The notes below the pieces were generated by a model. That model ran no database searches. It was not told the origin of the DNA and saw nothing but the letters and a program-made list of their open reading frames with translations. A stretch of 64,000 nucleotides of DNA from an uncultured virus (IMG/VR IMGVR_UViG_3300028393_000050) (taxonomy: Duplodnaviria > Heunggongvirae > Uroviricota > Caudoviricetes): the IMG/VR virus record IMGVR_UViG_3300028393_000050, one strand, 5' to 3'. Position 1 is the stretch's first letter. The number at the start of each line of letters is the position of its first letter. The position numbers were made by a program, and so were the translations under genes. Positions 56,093 through 64,000 of this stretch are shown here, in pieces.

Positions 56093-58075
56093 ATGAATAT
56101 TATTACTACTGCTGAACAACTTGCCGAGATGGTAGATTTTTACTTAACTCAAGATGCCTTTGCCTACGATGTTGAAACTGTTGGTCCACGCCGAGGCATG
56201 ACTCCTGTAAATGAAGTCTTATGGATTACATTTGCAACTAACGGCCGATGTGACGTTATCCCTATGGGACATCCACACGGTGATTTTATTGAAGAAGTTT
56301 TTCCGCTTACTGGTCAGGGCGAAGTGCGTAAGGAAAAAGGGCTTACCCTTAGACTTAGCGATTATAGCCGTGACTCAAAGAAAGCAACCAAAGTATTTGG
56401 GGCTGCTCCAGAGCAGCTGTATCCAGCTGAAGTTTTTAAAATGCTAGAGCCGTTGATGTTTAACGAAAACATACTTACCATCGGACATAATTTAGTGTTT
56501 GACCTCACATCAGTTGCAAAATACTACGGTGGACGTGTTCCTGCTGGACCTTACTTTGACACCATGATTGCGTCTTTTATTTCAGACAACCGTAATAAGA
56601 ATAAGTGCGGTCTTGCTGACTGCCTTAAGCGTGAGTTTGGGTATGAAATGGAAAAAGGTGTTGGTAAAGAAGTTGAGGTTTATGACTTTAATACCGTTGC
56701 TAAATACGCTTATCTAGACTCTAAGTACACTTTCTTATTGTGGAAATCTCTTGTACCTAAATTAGCCGCCGGTGACCTTAACCGCGTGTTTGCGCTAGAG
56801 ATGGATGTCTTGCGCGTTCTATGTGATATGAAACTAACTGGTGCACTTATTGACACCGTGTCTTTAGAGCAGTTAAAGATTGATTTAGAATCTAAGGTAG
56901 ATGAAGCACGCGCTAGTATTTATAAAGCTGCCGGTCGTGAGTTTAACATCAACTCTAATCAAGAAAAGCAAGTTTTGCTTTACGGTGCTAAAGAAGACGG
57001 CGGTCGCGGGTTAAAGGCTAAGATACTTACTACTAAAGGTAGTCAAAAAGATAAAGAAGGCGGAGACTTGTCTCAGTCAGATTACTCAGTTTCTGCTGAG
57101 GCTTTAGAGCCTTATCGCGATAAAGACCCTCTAGTTACAGCCATGCTGGAATATGCTGACTATAATAAGCTTCTTTCTACTTATGTTATTCCGTATTTAG
57201 GTGGAGAGATTGAGCGCACAACTTCCGGCAAGACTCGTATAGAGACTAAAGAAACTTTACTAATCAATGGTAGACTTCACGGTGACTTTGTCCAACACGG
57301 AGCTGAGACAGGTCGTTTTTCAAGCCGTAATCCTAATCTACAGAACGTACCCGCACCACATACTGCGCATGGTAAAGCTATTCGTAACTTGTTTACGGCA
57401 CCGCCAGGATATAAATTAGTTGTTGCCGACTACTCACAGATTGAGCCAAGAGTAATTGCTTCATTCTCAGAAGACCCAATTATGATGGATAACTACTTAG
57501 AAGGCAAAGATATCTATACAACCATTGGTGATACCATGGGCGTAGACCGTAAAGCAGGTAAAGTGCTGGTGCTTGCTATGGCATATGGTGTAGGTCCAGA
57601 TAAGATTGCCGCATCTATTGGGTGTACTAAAACTGAGGCTAAAGACTTGCTAGATCGATTTGCTAAAGAATTCCCTGCGATTTCTGCGTATCGTTCTAAA
57701 GTTATTTTAGCTACTCGTGCAGGTAAACCAGTTCCTTATGTAAAAACATTAACTGGACGTCGTCGTTATTTACCTGAGATTATGTCTAGAGATAATGGGT
57801 TCCGCGCTGGGGCTGAACGTCAGGCATTTAATACCAAGATTCAAGGAAGTGCCGCAGACATAATTAAGATTGCCATGGTTCGCGCTTGGACAATGATACC
57901 AAAAGAAGCTAAGATAATACTTACTGTTCACGATGAATTGGTACTAACTACTCCAGCAGAGTTGGCAGAAGAAACCGCAGAGAAACTGCGTGAGGCTATG
58001 GAGGATATACAAGTGTTAAAAGTTCCGTTAATTGCAGACATTAAAATCGTAGATAAATGGGGAGAGGCAAAATAA
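56093..58075 (+). CDS. polA: DNA polymerase family A (3'-5' exo + pol)
   Basis: DVET, HN..FD, TGRFSS.NPNLQN, ADYSQIE.R, QGSAAD, VHDE. Confidence 0.95.
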   Translation: MNIITTAEQLAEMVDFYLTQDAFAYDVETVGPRRGMTPVNEVLWITFATNGRCDVIPMGHPHGDFIEEVFPLTGQGEVRKEKGLTLRLSDYSRDSKKATKVFGAAPEQLYPAEVFKMLEPLMFNENILTIGHNLVFDLTSVAKYYGGRVPAGPYFDTMIASFISDNRNKNKCGLADCLKREFGYEMEKGVGKEVEVYDFNTVAKYAYLDSKYTFLLWKSLVPKLAAGDLNRVFALEMDVLRVLCDMKLTGALIDTVSLEQLKIDLESKVDEARASIYKAAGREFNINSNQEKQVLLYGAKEDGGRGLKAKILTTKGSQKDKEGGDLSQSDYSVSAEALEPYRDKDPLVTAMLEYADYNKLLSTYVIPYLGGEIERTTSGKTRIETKETLLINGRLHGDFVQHGAETGRFSSRNPNLQNVPAPHTAHGKAIRNLFTAPPGYKLVVADYSQIEPRVIASFSEDPIMMDNYLEGKDIYTTIGDTMGVDRKAGKVLVLAMAYGVGPDKIAASIGCTKTEAKDLLDRFAKEFPAISAYRSKVILATRAGKPVPYVKTLTGRRRYLPEIMSRDNGFRAGAERQAFNTKIQGSAADIIKIAMVRAWTMIPKEAKIILTVHDELVLTTPAELAEETAEKLREAMEDIQVLKVPLIADIKIVDKWGEAK

Positions 58076-58530
58076 TGACAGATTGGCCTATTGGACACGA
58101 AGATGATGACTTTGAAAAGATAAGTAAAATACCAGTTAGTACTTTATTTCGTTGGTTTTTATACGACATCAGTAGTGATGACGCTCATTTATATTCACAT
58201 ATCTTTGATTTAACTCCAGTTAGTGAAGAAGGGGATATTAAAGAGCACGCTGATTCAGATGCTAGAGTTGAAAATATAGCGCAAATAACCCCTTTGCTAA
58301 CTTTTTACGCTACTGCGACCGCTGAATTTGCTTTTAATTTGCATAAACTTAAAATGACTAAATTAGACGGAATTACAGATGATATGATAGATGCCTCAGA
58401 AGAGCCATTTAAAGACTTTTATTATCATATGATTTTTGCGGGATTGCTGGGTTCTTTCTCAGCCTTGAAAGAACTAGATATAATTAAATTAAATAGCACT
58501 CATACCAGCATTGAAGAAGGAGAATTATGA
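58075..58530 (+). CDS. Hypothetical protein
   Basis: TAATG coupling. Confidence 0.65.
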   Translation: MTDWPIGHEDDDFEKISKIPVSTLFRWFLYDISSDDAHLYSHIFDLTPVSEEGDIKEHADSDARVENIAQITPLLTFYATATAEFAFNLHKLKMTKLDGITDDMIDASEEPFKDFYYHMIFAGLLGSFSALKELDIIKLNSTHTSIEEGEL

Positions 58531-58946
58531 GTAATTGGTGGGCAGATAAACTAGGTACACCTAGACAGCCACAGCAACTAAGATTACCCGAACAACAGGT
58601 TCCTGTAACTAATCCAGGCGTAGCCCCGCAGTACCCGGGTTACACGCCTAATCAAGGTTATCCACCTGTTACTCAACAGCCTCCTTATAACCCTGAGCTA
58701 GCTGGTCGTACGCTTCCGGCTAGTGCGGTAAATGCCAGTCGCTGTCCTAACTGCTCTAGCGGTAATTACGGAAAGATGACTGTAGAAACAGCGGCTCGTT
58801 GCTATGACTGCGGCTATCCAATTCAGCAATCTGGTTCAGGTATGCCGGGAGTTAGAATTCCAAGTAGCGGTAATACTGAGGCCACTAAGCAAGTAAGCAC
58901 CGCAAATAATTTCAACCCTAATACTATTATCGACAGGATTGGTTAA
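58527..58946 (+). CDS. Pro/Gln-rich Zn-ribbon protein
   Basis: CPNC.S.NY...RCYDCGYP. Confidence 0.7.
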   Translation: MSNWWADKLGTPRQPQQLRLPEQQVPVTNPGVAPQYPGYTPNQGYPPVTQQPPYNPELAGRTLPASAVNASRCPNCSSGNYGKMTVETAARCYDCGYPIQQSGSGMPGVRIPSSGNTEATKQVSTANNFNPNTIIDRIG

Positions 58947-59959
58947 TGTCACTTCAAAAAGTTCTAGCGCAAATCAATAAAAAGTACGGCGAAAACACCG
59001 TTGTACTAGCGTCAGAAGTAGCTGCACCAACTCGTTTTACATCAGGTTCACTTTCGCTAGATATGATTTTGGGTGGTGGGTGGCCAACTAATCAGTGGCA
59101 CGAAATTATTGGTGAAGCCAGTAATGGTAAAACCGCATTGGCACTTAAGACAATTGCATCTAATCAAAAGCGTGACCCTAACTTCACAACTATTTGGATT
59201 GCTGCCGAACAGTGGGTCCCAGAGTATGCAGAGATGTGTGGTGTAGATGCTACACGCGTTCACGTATTTACCAGCAACGTCATGGAAACCGCTTTGACAG
59301 CCGTTCTAGAGTTCATTGAGACTAAAGAAGTAGACTGCGTGGTTATTGACTCACTTCCAGCACTCGTGCCTTCAGCAGAAGACGAGAAAGAAATGGATGA
59401 GTTTACTGTAGGTCGTGGAGCTATGCTTATGGGCAAGTTCTTCCGCAAGATGGAAAAGGCAGGTAAGCGTGACCTACTAGGTGGCGAACGCCCATTCATC
59501 GGCCTAATCATTAACCAGTTTCGTATGAAGATTGGTGTTATGTATGGTGACCCTCGTACTACTCCAGGTGGTGAGGCTAAAAATTATTTCTTCTTTACTC
59601 GTATTGACGTTAAGCGCGATGAGTGGATTGAGATTGGCACAGGTCAGGAAAAGCGTAAGGTAGGTCAAACTATCAAGTTCCAAACCAGAAAGAACAAGTC
59701 AGCTCCTCCGGGACAAACCGCATTTGTAGACTTTTACTTTGACGACGGCTCAGGTATTGATAAAGGCGAATATGACTTCGCTAAAGAAATTGTATCCCTA
59801 GCAATTATCAATAAGATTGTTACGCGTGCCGGCGCTTATTACCGTTACTCGGAACGTCAGTGGCAGGGTGCAGATGCCTTGCTTAATTCAATTCGAGAAG
59901 AAGTTGATTTGCAAGACCAATTAACTAAAGATGTGATGGGTACTCTAAAGCTTGGCTAA
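58946..59959 (+). CDS. recA: RecA-like recombinase
   Basis: SGSLSLD..LGGG.P, GKT, VIDS, INQ.R.KIGVMYG.P.TTPGG. Confidence 0.93.
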   Translation: MSLQKVLAQINKKYGENTVVLASEVAAPTRFTSGSLSLDMILGGGWPTNQWHEIIGEASNGKTALALKTIASNQKRDPNFTTIWIAAEQWVPEYAEMCGVDATRVHVFTSNVMETALTAVLEFIETKEVDCVVIDSLPALVPSAEDEKEMDEFTVGRGAMLMGKFFRKMEKAGKRDLLGGERPFIGLIINQFRMKIGVMYGDPRTTPGGEAKNYFFFTRIDVKRDEWIEIGTGQEKRKVGQTIKFQTRKNKSAPPGQTAFVDFYFDDGSGIDKGEYDFAKEIVSLAIINKIVTRAGAYYRYSERQWQGADALLNSIREEVDLQDQLTKDVMGTLKLG

Positions 59960-60296
59960 ATCAGAAGGTCAGAAACAATCCCTTAAGCATGAGAAACGTC
60001 TTGCTAAAGCCGTCGGAGGACAACGTAATGTTGCCTCCGGCGCTTTTTGGTTTCGTAAAGGTGACGTACGGTCACAAGACTTGCTTATTGAGCATAAATG
60101 GACCGGTAAGAAGTCTTTTACCCTTAAGTCAGATATCCTAGAGAAGATAACTACAGAGGCCCTCCTAGACAGTCGTACGCCCGTTTTGGGCATAAGCTTA
60201 AATGAGGTTAATTACGTGGTTATGGACGAAAATGACTTTTTGACAATGAGAGAATTTCTGTTACAATGTATAGAGGAGCACACGGAAGAGAAATAG
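59952..60296 (+). CDS. PD-(D/E)xK nuclease, Holliday resolvase-like
   Basis: E..LA, SGA...KGD, LIEHK. Confidence 0.7.
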   Translation: MAKSEGQKQSLKHEKRLAKAVGGQRNVASGAFWFRKGDVRSQDLLIEHKWTGKKSFTLKSDILEKITTEALLDSRTPVLGISLNEVNYVVMDENDFLTMREFLLQCIEEHTEEK

Positions 60297-60315
60297 CTCA
60301 TTATTAGGAGATTAC

Positions 60316-60690
60316 TTGTCTAACCCGTTTGTCAATTTATTTACAGAACCTGAACCTTGGGAATATCAAGCTAAATGCGGTACGCGTGTTTACAAAGAAG
60401 AAACTAAAGAATACGTAAATGTTTACGACCCCGATCTTTGGTTTCCGCCTAGAGATAAGGCTTTATACAAACCAATAGCTGATAAGGCTAAATCAATTTG
60501 TTTTGGGCGCGATGGCCGACCAGAATGCCCAGTTAGACTTCAATGTTTAATGGCAGCAGATAAACGTGATGAAGTGCACGGCATCATGGGAGGTATGAGT
60601 CACCGTGAAAGAAACGCTTTAAAACGTAAAGCTGAAAAACAAGGAACTACTTTAGAAGAACTTGCTAAAAAATCTAGTAGACATTCCTAA
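60316..60690 (+). CDS. whiB: WhiB-family transcription factor
   Basis: A.C, D.WFP, AK.IC, CPV..QC, GIMGG.S..ER. Confidence 0.88.
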   Translation: MSNPFVNLFTEPEPWEYQAKCGTRVYKEETKEYVNVYDPDLWFPPRDKALYKPIADKAKSICFGRDGRPECPVRLQCLMAADKRDEVHGIMGGMSHRERNALKRKAEKQGTTLEELAKKSSRHS

Positions 60691-60726
60691 GAAAGTGTGT
60701 TATGTTTCTCATGGAGGAAATAAAAC

Positions 60727-61602
60727 ATGCCAGAGAAAAAACTAAAAAAAATACCAGCAGGTGCATTAAAAAGCTTTGTAGATGCCGGTAAATCAACCAC
60801 AAGAGTGATTAGCAAAGTAGAACGCTTTGTACTATCGCAACCTATAGATAATTCCAGATCGTTTAACGGTCTGCACCCATCTGCCATGGTTAGCCCTTAT
60901 TGGTGCCATCGTGCGTCTTACTTTCATTTAAAAGGTAATCATCCTACACCAGAAGCTCGCCAGTTTAAGCGCGAACTTATATTTGCGCAAGGTCACGGTA
61001 TTCACGCTACTTGGCAAAATTGGTTTGGAGATATGGGCAAACTACATGGTGTTTGGGAATGTAAAAACTGCGGTGATAAACTTTGGGCAACCAGTCCAGA
61101 GGGTTGTAACGAATGCAGTACACAAGGCAAAATGCGTTACAAAGAAGTGCCAGTAGAGCACGCACCATTAATGATTACCGGCCACTCAGATGGTTGGTTA
61201 AAAGGATTTGGCGATGACCTAATGCTAGAAATTAAGTCAGTAGGTGCCGGTACATTTATGTGGTACGACAGGTCTAACTGGTTTGCATCTAATCAGGATT
61301 TTGCTGAGGCATGGAAAAACTTTAAATCACCTTTCGAAGCTCACGTAGCTCAAGTCCAGTTGTACATGAAAGTTTTAGAACTATCTGGACGTACGGATGT
61401 ACCCCAAGAAGCCGTGCTTATTTATGAAGCAAAGCCTACACAGGATGTTAAAGAGTTTGTTGTTCGTAAAGATGATTGGGCAATTCAACCAATTATTGAT
61501 GGGGCACAACTTGTGGTAGACTCACTAGGTAAGAACATCGCCCCAGACTGTAATGTCGGCGGAGCGCTAAAATGCAAACAATGCGGAGGGTTCAATGAGT
61601 AA
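60727..61602 (+). CDS. Cas4-like exonuclease
   Basis: HPS...C.R, G...H, GH.DG, EIKS, Q.QLY, C-terminal Cys cluster. Confidence 0.8.
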   Translation: MPEKKLKKIPAGALKSFVDAGKSTTRVISKVERFVLSQPIDNSRSFNGLHPSAMVSPYWCHRASYFHLKGNHPTPEARQFKRELIFAQGHGIHATWQNWFGDMGKLHGVWECKNCGDKLWATSPEGCNECSTQGKMRYKEVPVEHAPLMITGHSDGWLKGFGDDLMLEIKSVGAGTFMWYDRSNWFASNQDFAEAWKNFKSPFEAHVAQVQLYMKVLELSGRTDVPQEAVLIYEAKPTQDVKEFVVRKDDWAIQPIIDGAQLVVDSLGKNIAPDCNVGGALKCKQCGGFNE

Positions 61603-62098
61603 AACAACATTAATTACAAACGACACTAGCAAGTACATCCTAGATATGTTGGATGAACAAGGTTTGATGGTAGACCGCGAAACATCTATGCCTAGACCAC
61701 AGTTGCCTGCAGACATCACAGAATTAGATGATGAAGACCTGATGCGTCTATATACGCATCTATCGGCCTATAGTGAATTTCTAAGTACGCAGTTAGCCTG
61801 TGCAATCATTGATGAAAAAGATGCAGAGCGCAACAGAGACTATGCTGAGTCAGAGGCAATGCTGCGTCACCAAACAAACAACGCAAAAACCACAGTAACT
61901 ATTATCAAGGCCTTGGTTGACGGCGACCCTACACTTGGAGAAGTGCGCCAAGAGGCCCTGGTAAAGTATTCGTATCGCAAAATGCTAGAGACCATGGTAA
62001 ATAACTACGAACGTAGCACCGCGGTCTGTAGCCGTGAGCTGACCCGTAGAACATCAAGCGATAACTTTAAGACCAGAAGTCGTAAGTTCACCGCATAA
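61595..62098 (+). CDS. Helical protein, possible recombination mediator
   Basis: Coiled coil ending SRELTRR; recombination cluster. Confidence 0.55.
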   Translation: MSKTTLITNDTSKYILDMLDEQGLMVDRETSMPRPQLPADITELDDEDLMRLYTHLSAYSEFLSTQLACAIIDEKDAERNRDYAESEAMLRHQTNNAKTTVTIIKALVDGDPTLGEVRQEALVKYSYRKMLETMVNNYERSTAVCSRELTRRTSSDNFKTRSRKFTA

Positions 62099-62688
62099 TG
62101 GCAAAAGATAAATTGCTTGGCAAACCCTTTCCTTGGGATTCTGACATAAAAAATATAGCCATTGGGATTGACCAGTCTTATTCTGGATTTGGAATAACCG
62201 TTATAAACGTAGATAACGTTAGCAACTATTGGTCTATTACATTTAAAGCACAAGAAATGCACATTGACCGATTAGTTTGGGTTAAAGACAAATTAACTTA
62301 TTTACTGACTGAAATGACAAAAGACAGAGATACAGTTACCGTGGCTATGGAAGGCTACGCATTCGGTACGACAATGGCGCATATGCTGGGTGAACTTGGT
62401 GCAATAGTAAAACTAACCTGTTATGAAGTACTGGACAAGTTTGATGGCAAATACCCATACATTATTCCGCCAACAACCCTAAAAAAGTATGTAACCGGTA
62501 AAGGTACTGGAGTACAGAAAAACCAGATACTTCTAGCCGTATACAAAAAGTGGGGCGTAGAATTTACCGATGACAACATGGCGGATTCATATGCCTTAGC
62601 TATGCTAGCCGCAGGTAAGGGAGACCTTGCTTATGAACTAGAGATACTTCAAAAGATTAAAGGCCCAACGTTTAGAGAAAAACCTTAA
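62098..62688 (+). CDS. ruvC: RuvC-like resolvase
   Basis: IGIDQS..GFG, MEGY, P..LKK..TG.G, D.ADS..LA. Confidence 0.85.
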   Translation: MAKDKLLGKPFPWDSDIKNIAIGIDQSYSGFGITVINVDNVSNYWSITFKAQEMHIDRLVWVKDKLTYLLTEMTKDRDTVTVAMEGYAFGTTMAHMLGELGAIVKLTCYEVLDKFDGKYPYIIPPTTLKKYVTGKGTGVQKNQILLAVYKKWGVEFTDDNMADSYALAMLAAGKGDLAYELEILQKIKGPTFREKP

Positions 62689-62957
62689 TGTTTATGGGCT
62701 TTGAAAATGCAAAAAAACGAACTGGATTTGCAGCTCGTATATTTGCCTATATTTTAGCTATGTACTCGTTAACAATAAAAAGACAAAATAAACAAATACA
62801 TAATTTAAAAGGTCAACTTAAACCAATAGTTGACGAAAGAGAAAATATTGCTAAACTTTTAGAAGAAGGTATTTCACACCCTGCCACAGATTGTGATAAC
62901 CTTTGTGAATCACATTTACAAATTAGGTTTATTAGGCACTTAAACACAGAGGATTAA
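62688..62957 (+). CDS. Hypothetical protein
   Basis: TAATG coupling. Confidence 0.55.
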   Translation: MFMGFENAKKRTGFAARIFAYILAMYSLTIKRQNKQIHNLKGQLKPIVDERENIAKLLEEGISHPATDCDNLCESHLQIRFIRHLNTED

Positions 62958-62958
62958 A

Positions 62959-63096
62959 ATGTTAGAAATAGTTGCATTAGTAGTGTTATTTGTATCCATT
63001 ACTGTAGTTGTTACTTTAGTATTGGCTGGAATAATGACACTAATTGGCGTTGTAAAAGGTATAGACTTAGAGCACCTTCACGACGATGAGGAATAA
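62959..63096 (+). CDS. 45-aa membrane protein
   Basis: GAGG RBS; long hydrophobic helix, acidic tail. Confidence 0.6.
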   Translation: MLEIVALVVLFVSITVVVTLVLAGIMTLIGVVKGIDLEHLHDDEE

Positions 63097-63236
63097 AAAT
63101 TTACAAGGAACAGATTTAACTGGTTGGTGTATAACCGGCCACCACGATAACTGCCCAAAGACAGTTAAGCTATCAATGGGTACATTAACAGAAAAAATAT
63201 GTGGCTGTGATTGTCACGAAAAACAAGGAGAAGAAA

Positions 63237-63674
63237 ATGGCGTTTAAACCAGGAGACCCAGGAGATTTCAATGGCCTGTCAGAAGCAGCACGAGAATTTA
63301 TCCGTAAATCCGGTCCTACTACAGAAGAGCTAAAAGCACAGGTACTTCAAGAAAACTTTGAAAATATGCTGGCTACAAAGTTCCTAGAGGCTGAAGAGCT
63401 GTTGGTTAAGAAGCATAAAGATTACGGACCAAAGAACATCAGCGAGAGCCCTGGCGGCCCCTTAAACGGCCTTAGAGTACGTATGCATGATAAGTTGGCT
63501 AGAATTAACCACCTATACGACAGCGGTGCTACGCCTGAAAACGAAAGCCTACGGGACAGCTTCATTGACATGGCAAATTACTCAATTATTGCCCTTATGG
63601 TACTAGATGGTAACTGGGATAACCGTGAAATTGGTGTAATGCCAGACATTAGAGAAAATTTGGATTGGACCTAG
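63237..63674 (+). CDS. Nucleotide modification-associated domain 1 (DUF1599-like) protein
   Basis: K..DYG, R..DK..R, ES..D...D.ANY. Confidence 0.8.
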   Translation: MAFKPGDPGDFNGLSEAAREFIRKSGPTTEELKAQVLQENFENMLATKFLEAEELLVKKHKDYGPKNISESPGGPLNGLRVRMHDKLARINHLYDSGATPENESLRDSFIDMANYSIIALMVLDGNWDNREIGVMPDIRENLDWT

Positions 63675-63736
63675 ATTAGGCCTATTTTACCTTTATAGTA
63701 GTAATACGGGAGTAATAACTACAACCAGAGGTAATA

Positions 63737-64000
63737 ATGTCCGAATCACCAGATGATAATGTGTTGCGCGTAAGCGCATCCAGCAATCCGCAGTCCGTCG
63801 CATCCGCTATTGCTCATGCTATTTACGAAAAAGGTACTTGTAAAATTCGCGCCGTAGGCGCAGGTCCAGTAAACCAAGCCGTAAAAGCAATTGCAATTGC
63901 CAGTGGATACACCGCCCCACGTGGAATAAGCCTAGTATGTGTACCAGGTTTCCAATCCATTGAGATCAACGGTGAAAACATCAGCGCAATTGTATTTAAA
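63737..64000 (+). CDS. spoVS: SpoVS-family protein (runs off window)
   Basis: LRVS..SNP.SVA.AIA, AVGAG.VNQAVKAIAIA.G, PGF..IEI.G...SAI.F. Confidence 0.88.
   Translation, partial: MSESPDDNVLRVSASSNPQSVASAIAHAIYEKGTCKIRAVGAGPVNQAVKAIAIASGYTAPRGISLVCVPGFQSIEINGENISAIVFK

Noticed and set aside
56093..59959. Inteins or introns in PolA/RecA
   Set aside because: Normal lengths, contiguous motifs, no splice-junction signatures
60727..61602. CRISPR-Cas locus
   Set aside because: Solo Cas4-like nuclease in a recombination cluster; no cas1/cas2 or array
63110..63185. Third tRNA or ncRNA in intergenic gap
   Set aside because: Only two short hairpins, no T-loop or cloverleaf

Overview
64 kb of a lytic contractile-tailed dsDNA phage, most likely an AT-rich actinobacteriophage (WhiB, leaderless promoters; gene order recalls Bxz1-like myoviruses). 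1-1.5 kb: leftward micro-genes separated by a repeated pseudoknot+RBS cassette. 1.5-2.0 kb: non-coding control region with 11-bp-period direct repeats. 2-9 kb: small basic ORFs, six sharing an N-terminal MxP[KR] tag, plus GNAT, HNH, KTSC and a PASTA/beta-repeat protein. 9-40.5 kb: terminase, portal, scaffold, capsid, neck, sheath, tube, chaperone, tape measure with M23 domain and baseplate. 40.5-48.3 kb: initiator, DnaC-like loader, DnaB, primase, SNF2 helicase, MT-A70. 48.3-52.2 kb: envelope/lysis island. 52.3-64 kb: tRNA-Thr, tRNA-Trp, Hsp20, adenine MTase, SSB, PolA, RecA, WhiB, Cas4-like, RuvC-like, Nmad1, SpoVS. Best candidates for novelty: a -1 frameshift signal switching a secreted PA14 protein to an anchored form, a UUU_CGU +1 frameshift in the tail chaperone, the covarying intergenic pseudoknot repeats, the shared N-terminal tag, and a GTTTA-N25-(-10) late promoter. 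All product calls come from motif recognition by eye; no searches were run.
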